From an uncultured Chloroflexia bacterium (GTDB lineage: Bacteria; Chloroflexota; Limnocylindria; QHBO01): a stretch of DNA of 64,000 bases. The stretch is taken from positions 91,446 through 155,445 of the forward strand of contig CAWCQX010000011.1 in assembly GCA_963797855.1 (NCBI GenBank), in the 5' to 3' direction. Below, in pieces: positions 21,164-32,196 of the stretch. The notes below the pieces were generated by a model. That model was not told where the DNA came from. It saw nothing but the letters and a program-made list of their open reading frames with translations, and ran no database searches. The translations under genes and the position numbers were made by a program. The stretch's first letter is position 1, and the number at the start of each line of letters is the position of its first letter.

Positions 21164-22469
21164 TCGATCGCTACGCGCTGCCGGAGCTGCGCGAGATCTT
21201 CGGGGAGCGGCACAAGCTCGAGCTGTGGCTGCAGATCGAGCTGCTGGCGCTCGAGGCGCTGGCTGAGTCCGGCGTCGTGCCGGAGGCCGACTACGAGCGC
21301 ATCCGGCGCGAGGTCGGCGAGGTCGACCCGGATCGCGCGCGCGAGATCGAGCGCGAGTCACAGCACGACGTCATCGCCTTCCTCCGCTCGATCACCGAGC
21401 GGCCTCGGGCCGGAGGGGCGCTGGCTCCACTACGGGCTGACGAGCTCGGACGTCCTCGACACGGCCACCGCGGTCGTCCTGCGTGACGCGACGCGGCGTC
21501 GTGGTGGACGAGCTGGCGCGGCTCATCGAGGTGGTCCGGCGTCTCGCGATCCAGCATCGCGACACGGCGATGGTCGGGCGCTCGCATGGCATCCACGCCG
21601 AGCCGATCACGTTCGGCTTCAAGGCGGCCGGCTGGCTCGCCGAGCTCCAGCGCGACGCCGAGCGACTGGCCCGGGCGCGCGAGGCCGTGAGCGTCGGCTC
21701 GATCTCGGGGGCCGTCGGCACCCACGCGAACGTCGGCGCCGAGGTCGAACGGCACGTGCTCGACGAGCTCGGACTGGCCGTCGACCCGGCGCCGACCCAG
21801 GTCGTCAGCCGCGACCGGCACGCCGAGCTCCTCACGACGCTCGCGATCCTGGGCGGGACGCTCGAGCGGATCGCGATCGAGATCCGTCACCTCCAGCGCA
21901 CCGAGGTCGGCGAGGCGTTCGAGCCGTTCGGCTCCGGGCAGCAGGGAAGCAGCGCGATGCCGCACAAGCGCAACCCGATCCTCGCCGAGCGGGTCACCGG
22001 GATGGCGCGGCTGCTGCGCGCCGACGCCCTCGTCGGCCTCGAGAACATGGCGCTGTGGCACGAGCGGGACATCAGCCACAGCTCGACGGAGCGGTTCGTC
22101 TTCGAGCGCGCGCTCGGCGTCGCCGCGTACGCGACGCGCACGACGGCCGACATCCTCGATGGCCTCGAGGTGGACGCCGACCGGATGCGCGCCAACCTCG
22201 ACCGGCTGGGAGGGATGGTCTACTCGGAGGCGCTCCTGCTGGCGATGGTCGCCAAGGGCGCCGACCGCCAGGCCGCGTATCGGGTCATCCAGGGCGCGGC
22301 GAAGCGCGCGTGGGCCGACGAGTCCGGGTTCCGCGACGCCCTGCACGCCGACCCGGGGGTCGCCGAGTGGCTGAGCGCCGACGAGATCGATCGCGCCATG
22401 GACCTCGACCACCATCTCGCCGGCATCGAGGTCACGTATCGCGCCCTCGGGCTCGACGAGGCCCGCTAG
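21160..22469 (+). CDS. purB: Adenylosuccinate lyase; frameshifts near 21400-21490
   Basis: MIDRY, HDVIAF, HYGLTSSD, GRSHGIHAEP, GSSAMPHKRNP, WHERDISHSS. Confidence 0.96.
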
Positions 22470-22484
22470 CGGGGAGCCTGACCC

Positions 22485-23377
22485 ATGCACCGCTGGCTGA
22501 CCGCATCGGCGCAGGCGGCGTCGCACGTCGCCGACCACTCGGGCCTGTGGCTGTCTGGCGCGCTGGCCTGGATGGTGACCGTCGGGTGGCTGGCACTGAT
22601 CGTCGGGGTCGCGACCCCGCCGACCGCCGCCGAGCTGACCTTCCTCGGTGCCGACACCTTCACTTCCGGGCTGTGGCCGTGGAATGGGATCGCGATCGTC
22701 GTCGTGGCGCTGCTGCTCATCGGGCTGGCCATCGCGCTCGCCTCGGTCGCCGAGGCCGTTCTCCTCCACGGCCGCCGAGCCACGACGGCGGACGTGCGGG
22801 CGACCTTCGTGGTGGGCGTGATCTGCGTGATTCCGCTCCTCGTCACCGCCGTGGCCTTGGCGCGGCGCTGTTCGTCATCGCGCCGGCGACGTTCAACGAC
22901 CCGAATCCCGACGGCGGTCCGCTGCTCCGGACGATCGTGGCGCTGGCCCCGTTCGCGGCGGCGATGGTCCTGGCGGCGATGCTCGGGTCGGCCGTCCACG
23001 CGGCCGCGATCCGTGCGCGGGCGGAAGCGGGCGGCGCATGGTCGGCACTGGCGGCTGCACCCCGATGGCTGGGTCGCGGCGGAACGGCCGCGCTCGTCCA
23101 GATCGTCGCGCACATCGTCGCTCGGATCGGCTATCTCGTCGTGGCGACGGTCCTCCTGCGCGTCCTGTGGGCGCCGATCGAGGCACGCTTGAGCGAGGAG
23201 GGATTTGGCGTCGCCGTCGTCCTCCTGCTGGTAGGCTTCGTGGCGATCTGGCTCTGCCTCGTCCTCGCGGGCGGCGCCCTCCACGCGTGGGGGTCGGTCT
23301 CCTGGACGCGCCTCCTCGAAGCGCGGGGACGCGATGCCGGGGCCGTCGCGCCGATGGAGAGCCGCAGCCGCCCGTGA
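22485..23377 (+). CDS. Hypothetical multi-pass membrane protein; frameshift near 22860
   Basis: Joined ORFs with multiple hydrophobic segments; sits between purB and the MgtC-family gene. Confidence 0.6.
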
Positions 23378-23870
23378 ACCCGGAGCTCGATCTCGCCACC
23401 CAGCTCGAACTCACGCTGCGGCTGGCCGTCGCTCTCGGGGTTGGGCGCGCTCGTCGGGCTCGAGCGCGAGCTGCAGCGCCAGGAGGCGGGCTTCCGCACC
23501 CACGGCCGTGGTGTCTCTGGGCGCGGCGATCTTCACGGTCGTCAGCGGCTATGCATTCGCCGGGATCGGCTCCGATCCGACGCGGATCGCCGCCCAGATC
23601 GTCTCGGGGATCGGCTTCATCGGTGCCGGCACGATCATCCAGTCCCGTGGAGGAATCCAGGGCCTGACGACGGCGGCAAGCCTGTGGGCCGTCGCCGGGG
23701 TCGGCATGGCGTCCGGGGCCGGGCTGTACGGGGTGGCGGTGAGCGGCACCGTGCTGATGCTCGTCGTCCTGTACCTGTTCGATCGGATCGAGCGATGGGC
23801 GCGCGGGCGGCTCGGCCTGCCGAAGCACGAAGCGAACGAGGCAGCAACGGAGAACGAGGAGACGACATGA
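23374..23870 (+). CDS. MgtC/SapB family membrane protein; frameshifts
   Basis: ALVGLERE..RQEAGFRTH, DPTRIAAQIVSGIGFIGAG, GLTTAASLW. Confidence 0.9.
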
Positions 23871-24746
23871 CCCTGACCACGACGAACCTCGAGGGCCTGC
23901 GGCTCGTGCATCGCGGCAAGGTGCGCGAGACGTACGAGGTCGACGACCGCCACCTGCTCCTCGTCGCCACCGATCGCCTGTCGGCCTTCGACGTCGTCTT
24001 CGAGCAGGCGATCCCGGACAAGGGCGCGCTGCTCACGCGGCTGAGCACCTGGTGGTTCGGTGAGCTCGCCGACCTGGGTCGGTCCCACTTCGTCAGCGCC
24101 GATCCGTCCGATCTGCCGGAGGCGGCGCGCGACCCGGAGATGGCGGGGCGATCGATGCTCGTGCGCCGCGCCGAGCGCGTGGACGCCGAGTGCGTCGTCC
24201 GCGGCTACATCGCGGGCTCGGGCTGGGTGGAGTACCAGCGCAGCGGATCGGTCTGCGGCCACGCGCTGCCGAGCGGGCTGCGCGAGGCCGATCGCCTGCC
24301 CGAGCCGATCTTCACGCCGTCGACGAAGGCGGAGGTCGGCCACGACGAGAACATCACGCGAGACGAGCTGGCCGCATGGTCGGGGCCGACCTCGCGCGCG
24401 AGCTCGAGCGGCGTTCGATCGCGCTGTACGTCGAGGCGGCGCGGCGTGCAGAGGCGGTGGGGCTGATCCTGGCCGACACGAAGTTCGAGTTCGGCTTCAT
24501 CGACGGCGAGCTGGCGGTCATCGACGAGGTGCTGACGCCCGACTCCAGCCGATTCTGGGACGGGAGCGGTATGCGCCGGGCCAGAGCCCGCCGAGCTTCG
24601 ACAAGCAGTTCGTCCGCGACTTCGTCGCCGCATCCGGCTGGAACCGGGAGCCGCCCGCGCCGTCGCTCCCCGACGAGGTCATCGAGGGGACGCGCGACCG
24701 TTACGTCGCCGCCTACGAGCGCCTCACCGGTCGCACCTGGGAGTGA
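23867..24746 (+). CDS. purC: SAICAR synthetase; frameshifts
   Basis: [65 protein letters not shown]. Confidence 0.95.
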
Positions 24747-25033
24747 CCGGCGTGCGCTGGCTTGCGGAGGTGCACGTCGCCCTGCGTGGCGGCATTGCCG
24801 ATCCGGAGGGGCAGACGATCGGGTCGGCCCTGCGCTCGCTCGGGTACGACTCGGTCAAAGAGGTCCGCAGCGGGAAGCTCATGCGGATCGCCTTCGAGGC
24901 CGATGACCATGCCGCCGCCGAGGCCGAGGTCGCCGAGATGTGCCGGCGCCTCCTCGCCAATCCGGTCATGGAGACGGCGAGCTGGGAGATCCGCTCCGAC
25001 GAGCCGATCGGCGAGGGCGTGGCGCTGCCGTGA
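24743..25033 (+). CDS. purS: FGAM synthase subunit PurS
   Basis: [29 protein letters not shown]. Confidence 0.93.
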   Translation: MTGVRWLAEVHVALRGGIADPEGQTIGSALRSLGYDSVKEVRSGKLMRIAFEADDHAAAEAEVAEMCRRLLANPVMETASWEIRSDEPIGEGVALP

Positions 25034-25776
25034 CCCTGACGGCCCGACGGCCACGGGTGACCGTCGTGGTCTTCCCGGGCACGTGGAGCGAGCGGGACTT
25101 CGCGCACGTCGCCGGCTCGGTCCTCGGATGGGAGGCACGGCTGGCCTGGCACACCGAGACCGATCTCGGCGCACCGGATGCGGTCGTCCTGCCCGGGGGA
25201 TTTGCGCATGGTGACCATCTGCGCACCGGGGCGATCGCGCGTTTCTCGCCGATCATGGGCGCGGTCGAGGCGTTTGCGAACGCGGGCGGCCCGGTCATCG
25301 GCTCCTGTAACGGCTTCCAGATCCTCGCCGAGGCCGGAATGCTGCCCGGTGCCCTGATGCGCAATGACCATCTCGAGTTCCGCTGTGACTGGCAGACGCT
25401 TCGAGTCGAATCACCCGCCTCGTCGGCCGCGTGGCTCGGCGAGCTCGGCGACGGCGAGGTCATCCGCCTGCCGATCAGCCACGGCGAGGGGCGCTACGTC
25501 GCCGATGCCGCGACGCTCGACGAGCTCGAATCCTCGGGTCGCGTCGTGCTCCGGTACGCCGACGCCGATGGCCGGGTGACCGATGCCGCCAATCCGAACG
25601 GGTCTGATCGTGGGATTGCCGGGATCGTCAACGAGCGCGGCAACGTCCTCGGCCTGATGCCGCACCCGGAGCGGGCGTCGGAGGCGGAGGTCGGCGGGAC
25701 CGATGGGCTGCGCCTCTTTCGCTCGCTGGAACGCTGGCTGCAAGCACGGCCGGCGGTCGCGGAGCGTCGGCTATGA
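25030..25776 (+). CDS. purQ: FGAM synthase glutaminase subunit PurQ
   Basis: VVFPG, LPGGFAHGD.LR.GA, GSCNGFQIL, ISHGEG, NPNGS, GLMPHPER. Confidence 0.95.
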   Translation: MTLTARRPRVTVVVFPGTWSERDFAHVAGSVLGWEARLAWHTETDLGAPDAVVLPGGFAHGDHLRTGAIARFSPIMGAVEAFANAGGPVIGSCNGFQILAEAGMLPGALMRNDHLEFRCDWQTLRVESPASSAAWLGELGDGEVIRLPISHGEGRYVADAATLDELESSGRVVLRYADADGRVTDAANPNGSDRGIAGIVNERGNVLGLMPHPERASEAEVGGTDGLRLFRSLERWLQARPAVAERRL

Positions 25777-25819
25777 TCGGCCGGATCGCACAGCCCCGGC
25801 CGCAGGAGGCGAACGACGC

Positions 25820-27221
25820 ATGGACCACGACGAGCGGGACGCACGCGACCCCGACCCGGATCGGCCGGACGACACGGCCGCCGAGCCGATGAGCGACGAG
25901 ACCCGCCGCCACCCGCCGAGGACCCACCCGGCCAGCCTGAGACGCGGCACCGGACGAGGCCCGGTCGAGGCCGCGCCCACCGATCCCGGTCGAGCGCCGC
26001 GTCTGAGCCGCCGAGGAGCCGGCAGCATCGGAGATCGAGAGCTGGCCGAGCCAGGATGCGGCATCGGCCGGCGAGCCCGTCCCACCTGCGGAGGAATAGT
26101 CTCCCGCGTGGCCGACAGAGCCGCCGGAAGCCGGCGGGCCGAGGAGGGGACGTGGCCCACGAGCGCCCCGGAGCGCGGCGACGAGGCCGAGACTGCGGCT
26201 CACGAGCCCGATTGGCCGCCTGACGAGTCCGCGGCAGCCGCCGGCGCGGTGCGGCTGCGGCGACCCCCGCGGAGGCCGAGGCGGCGACGCCGACCGACGA
26301 TTCGGCCTGGCCGGCGGCCGGAGCCGCGGCCGGCGCGGCGGCGGCGGCGCGGGACCAGGGGCGGACGCCGAGCCGCCCCGGAAGAGGCGGAGGCGTACCC
26401 GGCAGCCGAGGTCGCATCCGTTGCCGCCGCCGGCGCGGCCGCGCATGGCGTCCCGGATGCCGAAGCCGCCGTCGGCGAGAGCACCCAGTGTCCGCGCTGC
26501 GGGACGGAGAATCGGCCCGGCCTCGCCTTCTGCCGCAACTGCGGCCAGCGTCTCGTCGCCGCGGGCGTGGCGACGACGGTCGAGCGACCGGGCACCCCGG
26601 AAGGCACGATGGCCTGCCCGCGCTGCGGGACGCATAACCGCGCCGGCGTCGCCTTCTGCCAGAACTGCGGCGCCAACTTGCGCGGCACCGCGCCCGGCTA
26701 CGTCCCGCCGGCAGTGGCGGGCGAGGCGGCGGCCGAAACCCCGGCGGTGGAGCGCCGCGGCGCGGTGCTCGGGCCGGTCGTCCTCCTCATCGGCATGGTC
26801 GGCCTGATCACCGGCTACCTCCTGCCGTTCGGCGAGGACTCGCTGTACGACCGCGCCTTCGGGCCGGGCGGCTACGGAATCGCCTTCTGGAGCGCCTATC
26901 CCGATCGGACAGCAGCCTCGCCGACACGATCTACTTCGGCCTCGCGGCACCGGTGCCGATCCTCGCGCGTCCTCCTCGCGATCCTTGCCGTCGCCGGCTT
27001 CATGCGTGCGCGGCCGGGGAGCCTGCAGCTTCCGGGGCTCGTGATCGCGCTCGCCTGGAGCGTGGGCCTGATCGTCCTCTTCGTGGTCGTCGAGGTGATC
27101 GGCGGCTGGAGCGGGGACATCGTCGACGTCCTTCGCGCAGCTGACACCGGGCGGGATCATCCTCTTCCTCGCCTCGCTGATCGTTCTGATCGGCACGCTG
27201 ACGCGATTCGGCCGGAGCTGA
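25820..27221 (+). CDS. Double zinc-ribbon membrane protein with a low-complexity N-terminus; multiple frameshifts
   Basis: AGGAGG RBS; CPRCGTEN...FCRNCG and CPRCGTHN...FCQNCG followed by hydrophobic helices. Confidence 0.7.
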
Positions 27222-27223
27222 CC

Positions 27224-27874
27224 GTGCGCTACTGCCCGAACTGCGGCACGGAGGTCGACGACACCGCCGCCTTCTGCCCGACCTGTGGCCAGGCGATCGA
27301 CCAGGCCGCGGAAACGGAGATGCCCGCGGCCCCGGCGTGGCCGGAGCCGGCCGCGCCCGCCCCGACCCCACGAGCCGGCCGCGGCGCCGGCCCCGTCGTG
27401 GGAGTCCCGACCCCGACGACCCCGCCGGACCGAGGCGCAGCCTGCAGGCACCGCCACCCGGCGCCGCCGCCGCCGCCGGCCGCGGCAGGCCCCGGCGGCC
27501 CGTCCGTGAACGTGCCCGTGACGATGCCGGTGACCCTGTCCGGCTGGCTGATCGGCGGCGGCGCGCTGTCGCGGCCCTCGGCGCGCTGATCGGCCTGTTC
27601 GATGGCGCCGTCAGCCTGATCGAGCTGATCCTGCTGGTCGCGCTCATCGGCATCGCGCGCGACGTTCTTCCTCGACGCGTGCCGGCCTTCCCGTACCTGC
27701 GCCTGGCGTCCCTCGCCGTCGTCGCTCGTCGGCTTCGGCGTCGCGCTCGACCGGCTGGGCACCGGCGGGGCCGGCATCGGCGAGCTGCTCCTGTTCCTCG
27801 GCACGGCCGCGGCCGCGATCGGCGCGATCCTCCTCGAGCTCGGCCGCGACCAGCCGATCGGATCCGCGCGCTGA
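27224..27874 (+). CDS. Zinc-ribbon membrane protein; multiple frameshifts
   Basis: [21 protein letters not shown], Pro-rich linker, hydrophobic C-terminus. Confidence 0.65.
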
Positions 27875-27881
27875 GGAGCCC

Positions 27882-30066
27882 ATGACCCTCGCGCCCCCGC
27901 CGGTCGAACAGCGCCACGGGCTGACAGACGACGAGTACGCGCTCGTCGTCGAGGCCCTCGGCCGCGAGCCGAACGAGGTCGAGCTCGGCATGTTCGGCGC
28001 GATGTGGTCGGAGCACTGCGCCTACAAGCACTCGCGGCCGCTGCTCGGGCGGCTGCCGCAGACGGGCCGCGCGTCCTCGTCGGGCCCGGCGAGAACGCCG
28101 GTGCGTCGACATCGGCGACGGGCTGGCGGTCGTGTTCAAGGTCGAGTCGCACAACCATCCGAGCGCGGTCGAGCCGTACCAGGGCGCGGCGACCGGCGTC
28201 GGCGGCATCATCCGCGACATCTTCACCATGGGCGCGCGACCGATCGCGCTGCTCAACTAGCCTGCGCTTCGGGCCGCTCGAGCCCGACGCCGAGACGGAT
28301 GCGCCGACCGCCGCGCGGAACCGGTACCTCTTCGGCGGCGTGGTGGCCGGCATCGCCGGCTACGGCAACTGCATCGGCATCCCGGACGTCGGCGGCGAGG
28401 TCACCTTCGACCCGACCTACTCGGGCAACCCGCTCGTCAACGCGATGTGCGTCGGCGTCGCGCGACACGAGGAGATCACGCTGGCCCGCGCGGCCGGTGC
28501 GGGCAAATCCTCCTCCTCGTCGGCGCGGCGACCGGGCGCGACGGGATCCAGGGCGCCTCGTTCGCGTCCGCCACCCTCGGCGAGGACCGCGAGGAGCGCC
28601 GGCCGGCCGTCCAGGTGGGCAACCCGTTCCTCGAGAAGCTGCTCATGGAGGCGTGCCTGGAGCTGGCCGGCTCGACGGGGTCGTGGCCATGCAGGACCTC
28701 GGCGCCGCGGGGCTCACCTGCGCGCTGGCCGAGCTGACCGCCCGCGGCGGCGTTGGTGCGGAGGTGGACCTCGACGCGTCCCGCGGCGCGAGGCGGGCAT
28801 GACCCCGTACGAGGTGCTGCTCTCGGAGTCCCAGGAGCGGATGCTGATCGTCGTGCGGCCGGACGCGGTCGCCGATGTCCGCGCGGTCTTCGACCGCTAC
28901 GAGCTCGCCGCCGCGGAGATCGGCGCGATCATCGACGAGCCGGTCATCCGGTGCCGCGCCGGCGGCGAGGTGGTGTGCGAGGTCCCGGGCGCGCGCTGGC
29001 CGACGATGCGCCCCGCTACGCCATCCCCGGCGCCGCGCCCGGGCGAGCCGGCCGACCTCGAGCCGCTCGCGGCGGAGCCGGCCGGCGCATCGGTCCTGCT
29101 GGAGCTGCTCGGCTCCCCGAACGTGCGCGACCGCAAGCCGATCTGGCGCCGATACGACCACATGAACGGCACGAACACGCTCGTCGGGCCGGGCGCCGGG
29201 GACGCGGCGCTGCTGCGGGTGAAGGGCACTCGGCGCGCGCTGGCACTGGCCATCGACGGCCCGGGCCCGCGCGGCTCGGCGCGCTCGACCCCTACCTGGC
29301 CGGGGCATCCGCCGTGCTCGAGGGCGCGCTCAACGTCGCATGCACCGGCGCGACGCCGATCGGCATCACCGACTGCCTGAACTTCGGCTCACCCGAGACC
29401 GATCTCGGCGCCTGGCAGCTCGAGCGCGCCATCGACGGCATCGCCGACGCGTGCCGTCCGCTCGACGTGCCGGTCGTCTCGGGCAACGTCAGCCTCTACA
29501 ACGAGACGCCGGACGGGCCGATCCTGCCGACGCCGGTCGTCGGCACGGTCGGCCTCCTCGAGGATCGCGACGGCGGTCCCGATGGCGTGGCGCGACGGCG
29601 AGGAGATCTGGCTGCTCGGGGCCCGCGGACGACACGCCGCCCTGGCGGGATCCGAGCTGGCGTGGCGACGAGGGCTCCGCGGTGGCCGGCCCGCGCTCGA
29701 CATCGGCGGCGGCGCCGGCTCGTCGCCCTGCTGGCGAGCTGGCGGCGGGCCCTCCGGCGGCCGCGCACGACGCGTCGGTGGGCGGGATGGCGTCGCGCTG
29801 GCGCGGATGGCGATCGCTCCGGGTTTGGCGCGACGGTGACGATCGACCCCGCGCGGCCGACGGCGGCGCTGTTCGGCGAGCGCGTCGGCCGGGTGATGGT
29901 GGGTGTCGGCCGCGGCGCGGACGGCTGCGCGACGCGCTGCGAGGCGGGGGTGCCGTGCGCGCCGGATCGGCGTGCGGGCGGGGGCGGATCGAGATTCGGC
30001 CGGGCGCGAGCCTGGCCGTCGGCCTCGACGCAGCTGGCGGCGGCCTGGCGCAGGCCGTCTGGCTAG
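27882..30066 (+). CDS. purL: FGAM synthase subunit PurL (small type); heavily frameshifted
   Basis: [82 protein letters not shown]. Confidence 0.93.
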
Positions 30067-30354
30067 GGGCGGTCCGGTCGCGGCCGGCGCGCGGGCCGCG
30101 ACCTCCGTCTCCGATCTGGGCGACGAGCGCGGCGACGATCGGGTCGTCGGCCGTCCCGAGCGACGGCGACGGCGCGGCGACGCCGGACCGCTCCTCGTCC
30201 GCGGCCCCCGGCGGCTCGCCGGCGCCATGACGCCGGTGATGACCGCGCCGGCTCCGGCGACGATCGCACCGACGATGAGCAACGTCTCAGCGGAGACGAA
30301 CGCAAGCGGCGCCGCCCCCATCAGCGCGGCGCTCAGGCGCCTGAACATCGGCAT
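30063..30354 (-). CDS. Small hypothetical membrane protein
   Basis: ATG directly after the GGDEF/HD-GYP stop; hydrophobic LLIVGAIVAGAGAVITGV segment; 3' end uncertain. Confidence 0.4.
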
Positions 30355-30355
30355 G

Positions 30356-32014
30356 TCAGCCCGACGCTTCCGACGCCGCGGGCGGCGTCGTGCCTTGCGG
30401 ACGCGCGGCCGCTTTCCTTGGTGTGCGGTGCGATGCAGGTCCGCGGCGTTCTCGAGGCGTGGCAGTCCGCCGCGCGCGCGCTCGTGGAGCCGGTAGACCT
30501 CCTCGAGCCCGTCGGGCGGGACCGCGTCGGCGTAGATGGAGCAGAAGACCTCGACCACCCGGGTCGAACTGCGTGCCGGCGTTGGTGCGCAGCTCCTCGA
30601 GCGCCTGCTCGTGGGTGAGCGCCGCGCTGTACGGCCGGTCGTGGACCATGGCGTGATACGCATCGGCGACCGCCACGATCCGCGCGCCGAGCGGGATCTC
30701 CGACCCGCGCAGGCCGTGGGGATAGCCGCCGCCGTTGAAGCGCTCGTGGTGGTGGAGCACGACCGGGATCGCCTCGCGCAGGCTGGAGGCCTGCTCGAGG
30801 ATGACCTGGCCGATGCGCGGGTGCTCGCCGATGGCCTGCCACTCGGGGTCGGACAGGGTCGACGGCTTGTCGAGGATCTCCTCGGGGATCGCGATCTTGC
30901 CGAGGTCGTGGAGCAGGGACGCGATCCGGATCCGCTCGATCTCCTCGCGCGGCAGCCCCATCTCGAGCGCGAGGCCGGTCGCCAGCGAGGCGATCATGTC
31001 GGACGGCCGTCCGCGGTGGTGCGGCTGCGGGGCGAGGACCGATGCGAGCGCCTGGGTGGCGGTGTCGCTGGCCCACTGGCCGATCGCGGTCGCCTGCGCC
31101 CGGTGCTCGGCGGAGATCGGCGCCGGCGGACCAGCGCCTCCTCGTCGAGCTCGCGGAACAGGTAGATGCGGTTGCGGCCGAGCGACTTCGCCGCGTACAT
31201 CGCCGCATCGGCCCGGTCGACGAGCATGTCGAGCTGGAGCTCCGAGCCGCGCCCGCCGGCGATGCCGATGCTGATGGTGGCCTTGATCGCCTGGCCGCCG
31301 GCGATCGCGCAGCTGCTGGGCATGACGAGCGTGCGCAGCTCCTCGGCCAGCCCGACCGCGTCCTCCGGGAGCGTCTCGGGCAGGATCAGCATGAACTCCT
31401 CGCCGCCGTATCGGCCGAAGGTGTCGCTGGCGCGGATCGATCCCGACGAGGATCCCGGCGATCTGGCGCAGGACGGCGTCGCCCGAGTTGTGGCCGTACG
31501 TGTCGTTGATCGGCTTGAAGCGGTCGATGTCGATGAAGGCGACGCTCAGTGGCTTGTAGTGGCGCCCGGCGCGCTCGACCTCGGTGGCGAGCGTGGCGAG
31601 GAGGGTCTCGCGGTTCGCGACGCCGGTGAGCCGGTCGTGGGTGGCGCGCGCCTCGGTCTGGAGGAAGGCGCCGGCGGCGGTGTTGAAGGCCCGCGCCAGC
31701 CGTCGTTCGGCCGGGATGCCGCTCACGCGCAGCTCGGTCGGACCGTCGGTCTCGAGGGTGTGCTCGAGCGCGCTCGCGATGCGACCCAGCCGCCAGCCGA
31801 CGTAGCTCCAGGCCAGCAGCGCCATCGTCGTCATCCCGGCGATGGCCGCGACGGCGAGCACGACGACGAGCGCGGGGCGCTGCGATCGGGGACGTCCGCG
31901 GCGACGCCGAGCGCGACGGTGACGAAGGCGGCGACGGCCAGCGGGGCGAGGAACCCGAGGGCGCGGACGAAGCTGAGCATCGCGGAGAATGAGGCGCGGG
32001 TCCCGCTCGGCCAT
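30356..32014 (-). CDS. Membrane-anchored diguanylate cyclase (GGEEF) fused to an HD-GYP domain; frameshifts
   Basis: Two TM segments, HDRLTG, DIDRFKPINDTYGH, RASD...RYGGEEF, LLHDLGK, HHERFNGGGYPHGL, VADAY.AM..DRPY. Confidence 0.9.
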   Translation of the reverse strand: MAERDPRLILRDAQLRPRPRVPRPAGRRRLRHRRARRRRGRPRSQRPALVVVLAVAAIAGMTTMALLAWSYVGWRLGRIASALEHTLETDGPTELRVSGIPAERRLARAFNTAAGAFLQTEARATHDRLTGVANRETLLATLATEVERAGRHYKPLSVAFIDIDRFKPINDTYGHNSGDAVLRQIAGILVGIDPRQRHLRPIRRRGVHADPARDAPGGRGRAGRGAAHARHAQQLRDRRRPGDQGHHQHRHRRRARLGAPARHARRPGRCGDVRGEVARPQPHLPVPRARRGGAGPPAPISAEHRAQATAIGQWASDTATQALASVLAPQPHHRGRPSDMIASLATGLALEMGLPREEIERIRIASLLHDLGKIAIPEEILDKPSTLSDPEWQAIGEHPRIGQVILEQASSLREAIPVVLHHHERFNGGGYPHGLRGSEIPLGARIVAVADAYHAMVHDRPYSAALTHEQALEELRTNAGTQFDPGGRGLLLHLRRRGPARRARGGLPAPRARARRTATPRERRGPASHRTPRKAAARPQGTTPPAASEASG

Positions 32015-32196
32015 GGCCCGATGGTCACGCGGTGCGCCGCGGCACACGGCCGTCGGACGCCGAAACGGCCGATGTGCGGAACGGTGCAGTACTGCGCCGG
32101 TACCTCGGTTCGGCGTGCGGCACCGAGCGGACGGCCGTCGACCGGTGGCTATGATGGCCGCGTGCCCGGCACGCCGCGATCCGCCTTAAGCCTGAC

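Noticed and set aside
32015-32196. Palindromes (GCAGTACTGC, GACGGCCGTC) and a possible purine-related riboswitch upstream of purF
   Set aside because: No ZTP, PRPP or purine riboswitch consensus recognised; short GC palindromes are expected by chance
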